DNA of 32,000 nucleotides from Candidatus Methanoperedens sp. Its GTDB lineage: Archaea; Halobacteriota; Methanosarcinia; Methanosarcinales; Methanoperedenaceae. The notes under the pieces are model-generated. The model saw nothing but the letters and a program-made list of their open reading frames with translations, ran no database searches and was not told the origin of the DNA. Location of the stretch: the NCBI GenBank assembly GCA_027460535.1, contig JAPZAR010000014.1, positions 1 through 32,000 on the forward strand, read 5' to 3'. Position 1 is the stretch's first letter; each line of letters begins with the position of its first letter. This document shows positions 16,601-26,060 of the stretch, in pieces. A program made the translations under genes and the position numbers.

Positions 16601-17453
16601 GTATATCCGCCTCCGATTTTTCTTTCCCGGTTACTTTAGATGTCCGCAGGACTGACCAGCCAATTATAGCCCAGTAACTAATGTACGCCACCACCTGGGT
16701 CAGCGACGGATCTGGATGGTAGCCAAAAAGTGATTTCAGGCTGCTCCCTATAAGGCCATTCTCATGAAGAAGAGGATACGAACCGTCCGGGTTCTGGGGA
16801 GGGTTCAGGTTCCATACATGGTCTATAACTGGAGGAATTATGCCTGCTTCGTTTAAATCATTAACAGCAGTGGCGATCAGGCCAGCAGAAAACAGTATCA
16901 GCAGTATGCTGGTATACATGAAGAATTTACTCAAATCAAGCCTGTGCATCCCTTTGAACATGAACAGTGAAAGAATGATCACAGCAGCTAGGCCGAGAGC
17001 GAAACCCAGGAATGTATCAGCCGGTGATTTTATCGCCAGACTACCCAGAAAAAGAACAGTCTCGACCCCTTCTCTGAAAACAGCAAAAAAAGACAGGGCT
17101 GCTATCCCTAGCATCTGGCCTTTTGTAATGGCCGCGTCGATCTTTTCCTGAAGTTCTGCTTTTATTTGCTTTGAGTAATGCGCCATCCAGAATATCATGT
17201 AAGTCAGGACGATGGCGGCCGTAAGTGCAGCCATTCCATCGAACAACGATTCAGCGATACCCCCAAGGTCGCCGAAGATCAGCTTGAATGCAAAGGCAAC
17301 TGCCGCGCTGGCAATGATTGCGCCGATTATTCCAGCCGCGAGGTAGCGGTAAAGATATTTCCGTCCAATCCTGGCTATATAAGCCGCGATGATGCCGATT
17401 ATCAGAGCCGCCTCGAGGGCTTCCCTGAATGTCACTATAAAGCTTGCTAGCAT
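16590..17453 (-). CDS. FTR1/EfeU-family high-affinity iron permease
   Basis: 287 aa, polytopic. It carries two REXXE motifs ('FREALEA' at the N-terminus and 'FREGVETV' mid-protein) characteristic of Ftr1/EfeU. It overlaps the repressor start by 11 nt. Confidence 0.85.
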   Translation of the reverse strand: MLASFIVTFREALEAALIIGIIAAYIARIGRKYLYRYLAAGIIGAIIASAAVAFAFKLIFGDLGGIAESLFDGMAALTAAIVLTYMIFWMAHYSKQIKAELQEKIDAAITKGQMLGIAALSFFAVFREGVETVLFLGSLAIKSPADTFLGFALGLAAVIILSLFMFKGMHRLDLSKFFMYTSILLILFSAGLIATAVNDLNEAGIIPPVIDHVWNLNPPQNPDGSYPLLHENGLIGSSLKSLFGYHPDPSLTQVVAYISYWAIIGWSVLRTSKVTGKEKSEADIHGN

Positions 17454-17469
17454 ATGTCCTTCTCCACTT

Positions 17470-17485
17470 GTTAGGTATACCTAAC
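17470..17485. promoter_or_regulatory. Perfect 16-bp palindrome GTTAGGTATACCTAAC; candidate DtxR-family operator
   Basis: It lies 17 nt upstream of the FTR1 ATG and 19-34 nt downstream of a TATA-like box, so it covers the expected transcription start. The TTAGG half-site resembles the DtxR/IdeR iron-box arms. Confidence 0.45.
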
Positions 17486-17503
17486 TGTTTTGTATTGGAT
17501 ACC

Positions 17504-17510
17504 TATATAA
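17504..17510 (-). promoter_or_regulatory. TATA box candidate (TTATATA on the minus strand) for the FTR1-dtxR-feoB operon
   Basis: The minus strand reads 'cgaaagTTATATAggtatcc'. A purine-rich BRE-like stretch lies immediately upstream, and the box is about 50 nt upstream of the FTR1 ATG. Confidence 0.4.
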
Positions 17511-17644
17511 CTTTCGGATGACCTGAAAAAGTTAGTAATGATAATTAAAATATGATTTCTTTAAGAGAAAAAAGAAAATTAAAAAATGATTTAATAGCAG
17601 CTTGCTATTATAGTGGATGCACAAAAAAAGTATGATATTAAGGT

Positions 17645-18019
17645 TTATTGCTGATGGGGTTTCAGCTTATCTTCACCCGTTTTAATATCCTTTAAAACCT
17701 GGTTGATCAACTTCTTGGCATTTTCAAGATGCTGGGTACCGCTGCTTGCTAATTGCGTGAAATTGTTCTGGACAAGAACTTCATTTTCCTGTAGCAGGTA
17801 GACGTAATAAATGAGGACACTCCAGTAGACCCCAATGCCTAAAAACACAGCTGCCCCAATCAGAATCAATTGGTTGAAGATCAGGTAGGTGGTCATTCCG
17901 AGAGGATACAATTTCATGATAGCGATCCAGAAGCTGTACATTATTCCCAAACCAAGGATTATTGGTACAATCCATATTATTAAAAGGTTATTTTTGCTTA
18001 GTCTCATCCGTACACCCAT
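17645..18019 (-). CDS. Small membrane protein (three hydrophobic helices plus a soluble C-terminal tail)
   Basis: 124 aa. 'LLIIWIVPIILGLGIMYSFWIAI', 'TTYLIFNQLILIGAAVFLGIGVYWSVLIYYVYLL', then a polar C-terminus. Confidence 0.5.
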   Translation of the reverse strand: MGVRMRLSKNNLLIIWIVPIILGLGIMYSFWIAIMKLYPLGMTTYLIFNQLILIGAAVFLGIGVYWSVLIYYVYLLQENEVLVQNNFTQLASSGTQHLENAKKLINQVLKDIKTGEDKLKPHQQ

Positions 18020-18156
18020 TCTTAATTAGCAAATTCACTATAAATATCTGTCGGATAAGGCCACAATACATTAATATACAGTCAGGTCTAATATCGTTTT
18101 ACAGATGTGGAGTTAGTATTTGTTGTGAAATAAATACGACCTGGAGGTCTTAAATC

Positions 18157-18615
18157 ATGAGCCTGGTTAAAACAGGAGACAAAGCGAAAGATTTCACTTT
18201 AAGCGACCATGACGGCAAAGAGATACAACTGTCAGCCCTGGAAGGCAAAAAAGTGCTTCTCTCTTTCCATCCTCTTGCATGGACGAGCGTGTGTGCAGAG
18301 CAGATGAAAGCACTTGAGAAGAACCGCAGCAGATTTGAAAAATTGAACGCAGTGGCACTTGGCATCAGTATAGATACAGTGCCTTCGAAAAAAGCATGGG
18401 CAAAAGAGCTTGGCATTAAGAAAACTAGTCTTCTATCTGATTTCTGGCCGCACGGTGAGGTTGCCGGGCTGTATGGCATATTCAGAGAGAAGGATGGGTT
18501 TTCCGAAAGAGCGAACATAATTGTTGACGAGAGCGGGCAGGTGAAATTCGTTAAGGTCTATCCTATCGCACAACTGCCGGATATCGAGGAGATCATCAGG
18601 GCTCTGGAAAAATGA
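18157..18615 (+). CDS. Peroxiredoxin (AhpC/TSA family, Bcp-like thiol peroxidase)
   Basis: 152 aa. 'KKVLLSFHPLAWTSVCAEQ' contains the PxxxTxxC peroxidatic-Cys motif. A GGAGGT Shine-Dalgarno-like sequence lies at 18143-18148. Confidence 0.85.
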   Translation: MSLVKTGDKAKDFTLSDHDGKEIQLSALEGKKVLLSFHPLAWTSVCAEQMKALEKNRSRFEKLNAVALGISIDTVPSKKAWAKELGIKKTSLLSDFWPHGEVAGLYGIFREKDGFSERANIIVDESGQVKFVKVYPIAQLPDIEEIIRALEK

Positions 18616-18650
18616 AAGAATTCATCTGAAGCTGTTAAAAAAATGAAATA

Positions 18651-18869
18651 ATGACCTGCTATACGCGCCATCTGACGAATGTGCTAAAAGAACTCCACAT
18701 GGAAGATACAAAAGAGAATCGAAGGATTCTGGATAATCAAATACGCGAAGTTCTCTGCCGGGAAAATGATGGTTGTCCGGTGGTGTGGAAGGACGTTAAG
18801 GTGCATATCCATGACCCGATGAAGAGAGAATTGTTGATAGAAGAACTCAGAAAGCAAAATAGTTTATGA
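18651..18869 (+). CDS. Hypothetical small protein (72 aa)
   Basis: ORF with plausible composition, co-directional with its neighbours. No motif recognised. Confidence 0.35.
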   Translation: MTCYTRHLTNVLKELHMEDTKENRRILDNQIREVLCRENDGCPVVWKDVKVHIHDPMKRELLIEELRKQNSL

Positions 18870-18945
18870 AAACTTAAGAAGCCAATCAAGCCTCTTTTCT
18901 GCACCAAGACAAACCTATAAGTCATCCCTCTCCATCATTGCCGCG

Positions 18946-19746
18946 ATGGACAAGATCGCCCTGAAAGTGAACCGGTTCTACGAGAGATATCCCTACCCAT
19001 GCCTTCCGATCCGCAATCATAAGGATCTCGTGAACAAGCTGCATGCCAACGTAATGTCCAGGATACTTGCTACTGCTAAATTGAACCCTGGCCTGCTAAA
19101 GGGAATGGAAATCCTGGACGCCGGATGCGGCACGGGAGAGAAGGCATGTTATTTTTCATATCACGGCGCCCATGTCACTGCAATTGACCTCTGCAAAGCA
19201 TCCCTTCAAAAAGCGCGAGAACTTGCGGATAAGTTCAATCTTGTCGTGGAGTTCCATCATTGCGATTTAGCTGAATTCAGAACTGAAAAAAGATTTGACC
19301 ATGTGTTTTGCCTCGGAGCACTGCACCACACTAAAAACCCATATGACAATTTCGCGGCGCTCGCAGACCTTTGCAAAGTGGGTGGAACAATAACAATAGG
19401 GCTTTATAACCTCTACGGGCGCCTCGGGCACAGGACGGTGAGGATGTGGGTCGGGCTGCGTGCGGGTGAGGATTTGGGACGAAGGATGGATTATGTTGAA
19501 AGGGCGATATACGGGCGGAAGCTGAGAAGCCTTCATGAGGTGGCGTATGTGGCTGACAAATATGTCCACCCCCATGAGAGCTATCATACTGTGGGAGAAG
19601 TGCTGGGGTGGTTTGAGAAGAAAGATATTTCATTCATTGGCGCGCATCCGCATACTGGTACTGGCTCAGCCTCGGCTCTTATGACGCAGTTGAAGTGGAT
19701 GTTCAGAGGGAACGGATTTTTTGTCATTTCGGGAAGGAAGAACTAA
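18946..19746 (+). CDS. Class I SAM-dependent methyltransferase
   Basis: 266 aa. Motif I 'ILDAGCGTGEKA', then 'VTAIDLC' and 'FDHVFCLGALHH' in the typical Rossmann-fold methyltransferase order. Confidence 0.8.
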   Translation: MDKIALKVNRFYERYPYPCLPIRNHKDLVNKLHANVMSRILATAKLNPGLLKGMEILDAGCGTGEKACYFSYHGAHVTAIDLCKASLQKARELADKFNLVVEFHHCDLAEFRTEKRFDHVFCLGALHHTKNPYDNFAALADLCKVGGTITIGLYNLYGRLGHRTVRMWVGLRAGEDLGRRMDYVERAIYGRKLRSLHEVAYVADKYVHPHESYHTVGEVLGWFEKKDISFIGAHPHTGTGSASALMTQLKWMFRGNGFFVISGRKN

Positions 19747-19772
19747 TAATTCATGGATGGAATAGAAGAAGC

Positions 19773-20021
19773 ATGAGTAAAAAACTGAAATTCTTTTTCG
19801 ACAGAAAAAGGGATGTATTAGATATCGCCATCGGCAAACCAAAGAAAGCAATTTCCAGAGAGATCGGCAATGATGTGGTCGTGCGAATCGACCCTAAAAC
19901 GAAAGAGATAGTGGGGTTCACCATTTTGAACTTTGAGAAGAGGTTTGAACATCAGGAGAAGGCAGAAACACTTCCGATAACTGCTGTTTTTGAGGAAGTA
20001 GAGGGGGCAGTTGATGCTTAA
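19773..20021 (+). CDS. DUF2283-like small protein
   Basis: 'KFFFDRKRDVLDIAIGKPKKAISREIGNDVVVRIDPKTKEIVGFTILNF' matches my memory of the DUF2283 pattern. I chose the internal ATG at 19773, because the longer ORF start overlaps the methyltransferase 3' end. Confidence 0.5.
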   Translation: MSKKLKFFFDRKRDVLDIAIGKPKKAISREIGNDVVVRIDPKTKEIVGFTILNFEKRFEHQEKAETLPITAVFEEVEGAVDA

Positions 20022-20099
20022 GAGAGAACTTGGGCATTGGAAGAAACCGAGTATTTCTTTCATGAATTAGCTGATCATAAGTCACTGTTAGCATATTAA

Positions 20100-21107
20100 T
20101 TATCTCACAATGGGTATCTTCTCCCCGCACTCCGGGCATTTCCCATTCTTTATCCTTATTGCACTCACCCTGAATCCCTCGCGGTCGATAAGCAGAGTAT
20201 TGCACGCCGGGCAATATGTATTCTCATACTTATGCCCCGGCACATTTCCTGTATAAACGAACCTCATACCTTCTTTCTTCGCGATATCATGCGCCATCTC
20301 AAGCGTTTCTGTTGGCGTTGGGACCAGGTCATCCATCTTATACATGGGGTGGAACCTTGTGAAGTGCATGGGCGTGTCGGGGCCAAGATTATCATGAACC
20401 CATCTCACGATCTGCGTTATCTCCTGCGGCGAATCGTTCTTCGTGGGAATTACCAGCGTTATCGTCTCAACATGCATGCCCAGCTCTTTAGCGAGTTTTG
20501 TGGATTCAAGCACGGGTGCAAGTCTTGCACCGCAGATCTTTCTGTAAAAATCCTCAGAGAAGGATTTGATATCCACGCGGTAGGCATCAAGATAAGGTGC
20601 GATGCGCTGCAGCGCCTCGGGGGTGATGTAGCCGTTGGTCACATAAACCGTCTTGAGCCCGGCTTTTTTCGCAAGCACTGCGCTGTCATAGGTATATTCA
20701 TGCCAAATTGCCGGTTCATTATACGTCCATGAGATCGACTTGCTTCCCGTGGCCAGGGCGCGTTTGATAGCCTCTTCGGGTGTGATCTCCCTTGTATAAG
20801 CTTCCTCAAGCGTTACCTGCGAAATATTCCAGTTCTGGCAATGCTCGCACCTGAAATTGCACCCGACAGTACCCAGTGAGTACGAAAGCGTCCCGGGCAA
20901 GAAATGGTAGAGAGGTTTTTTCTCTATAGGGTCAACAGCTTCACTGGATACCGTATTGTAGATCAATGAGAAAATTTTCCCATCTGTGTTCTTCCTGGTC
21001 CTGCATATCCCGAGTTTGCCTTCCCCTATCGTGCACCTGTGGGAACACACATGACATTTAGCCCTTTTATCAGGAAGCATGTCAAAAAGAACCCCTTCCT
21101 TGATCAT
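20100..21107 (-). CDS. amrS: AmmeMemoRadiSam-system radical SAM enzyme (PFL-activase-like)
   Basis: 335 aa. N-terminal Cys cluster 'KCHVCSHRCTIGEGKLGICRTR', radical SAM 'CNFRCEHCQNW' and a C-terminal Zn-ribbon 'CPACN...CPECG'. GGAGG lies upstream of the ATG. Confidence 0.8.
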   Translation of the reverse strand: MIKEGVLFDMLPDKRAKCHVCSHRCTIGEGKLGICRTRKNTDGKIFSLIYNTVSSEAVDPIEKKPLYHFLPGTLSYSLGTVGCNFRCEHCQNWNISQVTLEEAYTREITPEEAIKRALATGSKSISWTYNEPAIWHEYTYDSAVLAKKAGLKTVYVTNGYITPEALQRIAPYLDAYRVDIKSFSEDFYRKICGARLAPVLESTKLAKELGMHVETITLVIPTKNDSPQEITQIVRWVHDNLGPDTPMHFTRFHPMYKMDDLVPTPTETLEMAHDIAKKEGMRFVYTGNVPGHKYENTYCPACNTLLIDREGFRVSAIRIKNGKCPECGEKIPIVR

Positions 21108-21119
21108 TAACCTCCGCCG

Positions 21120-23381
21120 TCATGCATAGATATCCGGTCTGCTCTCTATCTGCTTTGAGCGCTTCTTTCGCAGTTCCTCTTTGATCTTATCGTAATAGTT
21201 CATTATATCAGGCGTTACCGAGGGTCCGGTTTCATCGATCGCAGCCAGGAAATGAGCCTGCCTGACCTTTTCCGCATTGATGTTCTCTCTCAATGCGAAC
21301 CGCCCTGCTTTCTTGCAGACAGCGGCAATATCAGCGCCCGTGAAATCCTCGGTTATCCTGACAAATTCCCCGAGATTCACATCCTCAGCAAGCGACATCT
21401 TCTTCGTATGCACCTTGAAGATTTCAGACCTGGTCTTCGCATCAGGCACAGGCACAAGTATCATTTCATCAAATCTGCCCGGACGCAAAAGGGCGGGGTC
21501 GATAATATCCGGCCTGTTAGTTGCCCCGATGACAACTACGCCGCGCAGTTCCTCGAGACCGTCAAGTTCCGAGAGCAATTGATTCACGATACGCTCCGTG
21601 GCATGGGGCTCTCCCTCCGCGGTTCCTCTCATGGGTGAAAGTGCATCAAGCTCATCAAGGAATATTATGGCTGGCGCTACCTGGCGTGCTTTTTTGAAGA
21701 TCTCTGCTATATGTTTCTCTGACTCACCATACCATTTTGATAATATATCGCTGCCCTTGACCGTTATGAAATTTGCCTCACTTTCACTGGCAATTGCTTT
21801 TGCCAGGAGGGTTTTTCCGGTACCCGGAGGGCCGTACAGGAGCACGCCTTTTGGTGCTTCCACACCTATCCGCCGGAAAGATTCGCCATACCTAAGCGGC
21901 CATTCCACAGCTTCTGAAAGCAATGCCTTCACATTTTCAAGCCCGCCGATATCCTCCCATGTAACATTGGGCACTTCAAATAATATCTCGCGGAGTGCAG
22001 AGGGCTGGATTTCCTTCATGACCTCCTCAAAATCGGAACGCATGACTATCAGTTTGTCCAGTGTTTCTTTCGGGATCTCTTTCAGCTCAAGGTCGATCTC
22101 AGGGAGAATCCGGCGAAGCGAGGTCATAGCTGCTTCCCGGCACATGGCGGCAATGTCGGCGCCAACGAAACCGTATGTCCGGTCAGCAAGATCATCAAGA
22201 TTGACATCTTCAGCCAGGGGCATCCCGCGTGTGTGGATCTGGAATATCTCCCGCCTTCCTTCGCGGTCGGGTACCCGCAGTTCGATCTCGCGGTCAAACC
22301 TGCCGGGGCGGCGAAGCGCCATATCAAGCGCTTCCGGGCGGTTTGTAGCCCCGATAACTATCACATTCTTCCTGGATTTCAGCCCGTCCATGAGAGAAAG
22401 AAGTTGCGCCACTACCCGCCTTTCCACCTCACCCGTGACCTCGGCTCTTTTCGGGGCAATGCTGTCGATCTCATCGATAAAGATGATAGCCGGGGTATTT
22501 TTTTCGGCTTCATCAAAAGCCTCGCGCAACTTGTGCTCGCTTTCCCCGTAATACTTTGACATGATCTCAGGGCCGTTGATCGTGATGAAATAGGCGTCGC
22601 TTTCATTGGCAACAGCCTTTGCCAGCATGGTTTTCCCCGTCCCGGGAGGCCCATGCAGGAGCACTCCCTTCGGCGCATCGATGCCCAGCCTGTTGAAAAG
22701 TTCAGGGTGTTTGAGCGGCAATTCGATGATTTCCCTTATCTTGCTGATTGCGGGTTTTATCCCGCCGAGGTCTTCATACATCACATCGGGTATTTCCTGC
22801 TCAAGCGCCACGGCTTCCGGCAGGAGCTCTATTTCAGTGATATCGGTTATCTTCACGATACCGGGGGGTGTGGTAGAAGCCACCTGGAGCTTTATCTCCC
22901 CTAGGCCGAACGAAGGGAACATTCCCTCGAACACATGCTCGAACATCACGTCGCTTCCATAAGATTCTCTTGGTTTGCGCACGCTTGTTGTTGAGATTAT
23001 ATCGCCTTTGGAAACAGTCCTGTTATGGAAAATGGCCCTCAGGCTTTCACTGGGGGCGTATATATGAATATTCTGTATCACAGGCGCAAGTAGAACTTTT
23101 TTTGCTTCCTTCCACTCGGCTTTCATGACCTCAACATACTCGCTAATGCTTGTTTTTGCATTTGTACGTATCAGCCCGTCCATCCTTATAACGTCCTGTC
23201 CCTCATCCTGGGGATACGACCTTCCTACCATTGCGGAGGTTGAGCGTTCCCCTTTCAATTCAACGACATCAAAGATATTCACCCCTATCATGTTGCGGAA
23301 TTTTTCATCTATTCGGACGATTCCCTTTCCGACATCTCGCTGATCGGCTTCTGCTACTTTAAGACGTACTGATTTTTCCAT
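21120..23381 (-). CDS. cdc48: CDC48/VCP-like AAA+ ATPase
   Basis: 753 aa. N-terminal double-psi barrel-type domain ('VGKGIVRIDEKFRNMIGV...'). Two AAA modules, each with 'GPPGTGKT' Walker A and 'IIFIDEIDS'/'IIFLDELDA' Walker B. Confidence 0.95.
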   Translation of the reverse strand: MEKSVRLKVAEADQRDVGKGIVRIDEKFRNMIGVNIFDVVELKGERSTSAMVGRSYPQDEGQDVIRMDGLIRTNAKTSISEYVEVMKAEWKEAKKVLLAPVIQNIHIYAPSESLRAIFHNRTVSKGDIISTTSVRKPRESYGSDVMFEHVFEGMFPSFGLGEIKLQVASTTPPGIVKITDITEIELLPEAVALEQEIPDVMYEDLGGIKPAISKIREIIELPLKHPELFNRLGIDAPKGVLLHGPPGTGKTMLAKAVANESDAYFITINGPEIMSKYYGESEHKLREAFDEAEKNTPAIIFIDEIDSIAPKRAEVTGEVERRVVAQLLSLMDGLKSRKNVIVIGATNRPEALDMALRRPGRFDREIELRVPDREGRREIFQIHTRGMPLAEDVNLDDLADRTYGFVGADIAAMCREAAMTSLRRILPEIDLELKEIPKETLDKLIVMRSDFEEVMKEIQPSALREILFEVPNVTWEDIGGLENVKALLSEAVEWPLRYGESFRRIGVEAPKGVLLYGPPGTGKTLLAKAIASESEANFITVKGSDILSKWYGESEKHIAEIFKKARQVAPAIIFLDELDALSPMRGTAEGEPHATERIVNQLLSELDGLEELRGVVVIGATNRPDIIDPALLRPGRFDEMILVPVPDAKTRSEIFKVHTKKMSLAEDVNLGEFVRITEDFTGADIAAVCKKAGRFALRENINAEKVRQAHFLAAIDETGPSVTPDIMNYYDKIKEELRKKRSKQIESRPDIYA

Positions 23382-23419
23382 GTTGCCCCGGGTTTATGCC
23401 CTTAATTATATTTCGTTTC

Positions 23420-24700
23420 TCATTTCATAAAAGTTTGCTTTCTTCCCGGCCCCACTGAAACATGATCTATATTCACACCCATTAATTCCTCAAGTAATTC
23501 AATATAGAGCCTGGCGTTTTCAGGAAGTTCAGGGAAACTCTCAATATTTGAGATATCTTCACGCCATCCGGGCAAGTCAATGTAGATCGGTTTGCATTTC
23601 AATATCTCATCAGAAAGTTCAGGCGGGTAATCAAGTGGTTTGCCCTCGATTTCATATTCCAGGCATAATTTCAATGGGTTAATCCCTGTCAAAACATCAA
23701 GCTTCGTGAGAGCCATGCTGGTATAGCCGTTGAGATTTATGGATTTTCTGGCAAGAGGAAGATCGAACCACCCGCATCTTCTCGGTCTCCCTGTGGTCGT
23801 ACCGAACTCTCCACCTTTTTCACGAAGATGTTCACCCACCTGGTTTTTCTGTTCAGTAGGAAGCGGTCCTTCTCCAACGCGCGTAATGTATGCTTTGATG
23901 ACCCCGATGACTTTATCCACTCTGGTCGGGCCAACGCCAAGACCGGCACATGCAGACCCTGCGACCGTGCTTGAAGACGTGACGAATTTTTGCGTGCCAT
24001 GAATAATATCGAGATGAGTACCCTGTGCACCTTCAGCAAGCACTTTTCTATCATGCTTTATTGCTTGATTTATTTCTCTTGATACATCGGTGATGTAGGG
24101 TTTCAATTTTTTGCCGATCTCAAGGTATTCATCAAGTCCGCTCTTTGCGATCCCAGGGTCGCCTCCAAGTTCTTTTATCGCTGTTTCTTTCTGTGGCGCT
24201 ATTTCCTCAATCTTTTTCAAGAACCTGCTCTTATCCGCCAGGTCTGCCATCTGTATCTCATCCCGCCCCACTTTATCGACATAAGCAAACCCTATCCCCC
24301 GGCTGGTAGTCCCGATCTTTACGGCGCGTCTTGATTCACGGAGGCCGTCGAGCGCTATGTGATAGGGCATTATTATGCTTGTTTTTGCATCGATCCCCAG
24401 CTTTTCGGGCGTCACCTCGACGCCATTCTCCCTGAGCATGGCCATTTCCTCCATCAGTATCTTCGGGTTCATGACAGTGCCCGGGCCTATGAGCAGGCGG
24501 ACATCAAAAAGCACACCAGAGGGAACAAGATGCAATTTGTAGGTTTTGCCCTCGGCGACAACGGTATGCCCCGCATTATCCCCGCCCTGGAATCGGGCAA
24601 CTATGTCATACTCGGATGCCATCATATCCACTATTTTACCTTTCCCTTCATCTCCGAACTGCGCGCCTGTGATTATTGTGAACATATCTGAATCTCTCAT
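23420..24700 (-). CDS. purA: Adenylosuccinate synthase
   Basis: 'GAQFGDEGKGKIVD' P-loop, 'GGDNAGHT', 'IGTTSRGIG', 'TTGRPRRCGW'. An alternative start ATG at 24685 ('MFTIITGAQFGDEGKGK') is at least as likely. Confidence 0.95.
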   Translation of the reverse strand: MRDSDMFTIITGAQFGDEGKGKIVDMMASEYDIVARFQGGDNAGHTVVAEGKTYKLHLVPSGVLFDVRLLIGPGTVMNPKILMEEMAMLRENGVEVTPEKLGIDAKTSIIMPYHIALDGLRESRRAVKIGTTSRGIGFAYVDKVGRDEIQMADLADKSRFLKKIEEIAPQKETAIKELGGDPGIAKSGLDEYLEIGKKLKPYITDVSREINQAIKHDRKVLAEGAQGTHLDIIHGTQKFVTSSSTVAGSACAGLGVGPTRVDKVIGVIKAYITRVGEGPLPTEQKNQVGEHLREKGGEFGTTTGRPRRCGWFDLPLARKSINLNGYTSMALTKLDVLTGINPLKLCLEYEIEGKPLDYPPELSDEILKCKPIYIDLPGWREDISNIESFPELPENARLYIELLEELMGVNIDHVSVGPGRKQTFMK

Positions 24701-24724
24701 TTTTTGACGGGAAAGATGATAAGT

Positions 24725-25993
24725 TTATTTCTTCATGTACTCCCGCAGAACAGTAGTCGCATAACCGCCTTTCTGCAGGGAGAATTCCAGTACGACCTTG
24801 GTCCTCCCTGAATTTATCTCATCTTCAGCAACACTGAATTCGGGCTTGAAAGACAAAATAATCTCCCTGCGCAGTCCTTTCGAGGACAATTCAGGCATGT
24901 CAGGGACTTTGAAACCTTCCATATCAATATTCAATTCCCTTACCACAGCCCGCTCAATCTCACCCGGCGCGCCTTCTGCGAACTGGGTTTCATACCCCAC
25001 AAGCGGCCCTGTGTCAAAAGCCCGTCCCCTGTTGATGAGATTATTTATCCCATCCAGATTATCCTTCGTGACCTTCTGCAAGCGTGATGCGTCAGGCATA
25101 GCCATTTCGTTCTTGAAACAAACGATGTCCCCGTCGTATGCCTCTTGTATCGACAGCCCGGATGCAATCCGGCGGCTCAGGATAATATTGAAAATATATG
25201 ATTGATACGCATGCAGGAACATCTTCTGCAAATTCGGGGATAGAACTTTGAATGCACCAGTGTAGTCATCCGGACAGGCGATCAGGTGGTTCATCATAGC
25301 CCTCTCGAACTGGAGCCGAAGAGGATATATCTTCAACCCTTCTTTGAAATCGCCTGTATCCCACACATACTGCCTTGCTTTCTTTATCTCATCGGGCTCG
25401 TCGGGAAATGCTTTTGCGATATACATCAAAGCCGCATTTTTGAAATCCCCTCTCACAATTGCCTCTCCGACCACATGCGTCACGGGTCGGATATCACCGA
25501 ACCTCTGTACCCCAAAGAAATTCGGGGCGCCCCGTTCAAGTTCAGAGGTTATTGCTTTTACTCTTGCGAGCGTTTCATCCTGAGGCAACCCGACATCCCT
25601 CACAGTTATTTTGAACCTGTTACCCCACAGGTCCCCCAGGCTGATCTTCTTGTTCGAGCGCCCTATCACTTTTAATTCCACGTCCTTCAGGCGCACCCTT
25701 TCCAACTCTTCCTCGCCTGTATCCCAGATGCTTATTTTCTGCCTGGTGAGGGCGCGTTTGTCCTTTGTACCTGCCCAGCCGAACCTGTCCTGGCTCACCC
25801 TGAATATACGGGAGAGCTCCCGTATCAGACGGTGCGTATCCCAGTTCCTTTTTGAAAGTTCGACAATGAGGTAATTACCGTTCCCGGTCTCGACCCTGTT
25901 CGTTAGCTCCTCGACAACAAAATCATCTATTTGCTGCCGTATGACGCCCCCAGTTCCAGGAGCGTTCGTATAATAAAGGCCAATCCCGATCAA
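24725..25993 (-). CDS. truD: tRNA pseudouridine synthase TruD/Pus7 family
   Basis: 422 aa. 'GGVIRQQIDDFVVEEL' N-terminal TruD signature, 'GWAGTKDKRALTRQ' (catalytic Asp context) and 'NFFGVQRFG'. The codon at 25991-25993 is TTG, so the start is uncertain. Confidence 0.85.
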   Translation of the reverse strand: MIGIGLYYTNAPGTGGVIRQQIDDFVVEELTNRVETGNGNYLIVELSKRNWDTHRLIRELSRIFRVSQDRFGWAGTKDKRALTRQKISIWDTGEEELERVRLKDVELKVIGRSNKKISLGDLWGNRFKITVRDVGLPQDETLARVKAITSELERGAPNFFGVQRFGDIRPVTHVVGEAIVRGDFKNAALMYIAKAFPDEPDEIKKARQYVWDTGDFKEGLKIYPLRLQFERAMMNHLIACPDDYTGAFKVLSPNLQKMFLHAYQSYIFNIILSRRIASGLSIQEAYDGDIVCFKNEMAMPDASRLQKVTKDNLDGINNLINRGRAFDTGPLVGYETQFAEGAPGEIERAVVRELNIDMEGFKVPDMPELSSKGLRREIILSFKPEFSVAEDEINSGRTKVVLEFSLQKGGYATTVLREYMKK

Positions 25994-26060
25994 GGAATCA
26001 TCGCTGATAATAAATACCTCCGGAAGTATATTCAGGCTCTATGCGCCTTTGGCTATTAAA

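Noticed and set aside
18150-18518. 122-aa minus-strand ORF opposite the peroxiredoxin gene
   Set aside because: The plus-strand peroxiredoxin has a clear catalytic motif and a Shine-Dalgarno sequence. The antisense ORF has no support.
19773-20021. DUF2283-like gene as the antitoxin of a toxin-antitoxin pair
   Set aside because: No DUF4258-type or other small toxin ORF is adjacent on either side, so a TA-system call is unsupported.
21598-22551. 317-aa plus-strand ORF antisense to the CDC48 gene
   Set aside because: It is a Ser/Arg/Pro-rich low-complexity translation fully contained in the CDC48 coding region. It is a long-antisense-ORF artefact.
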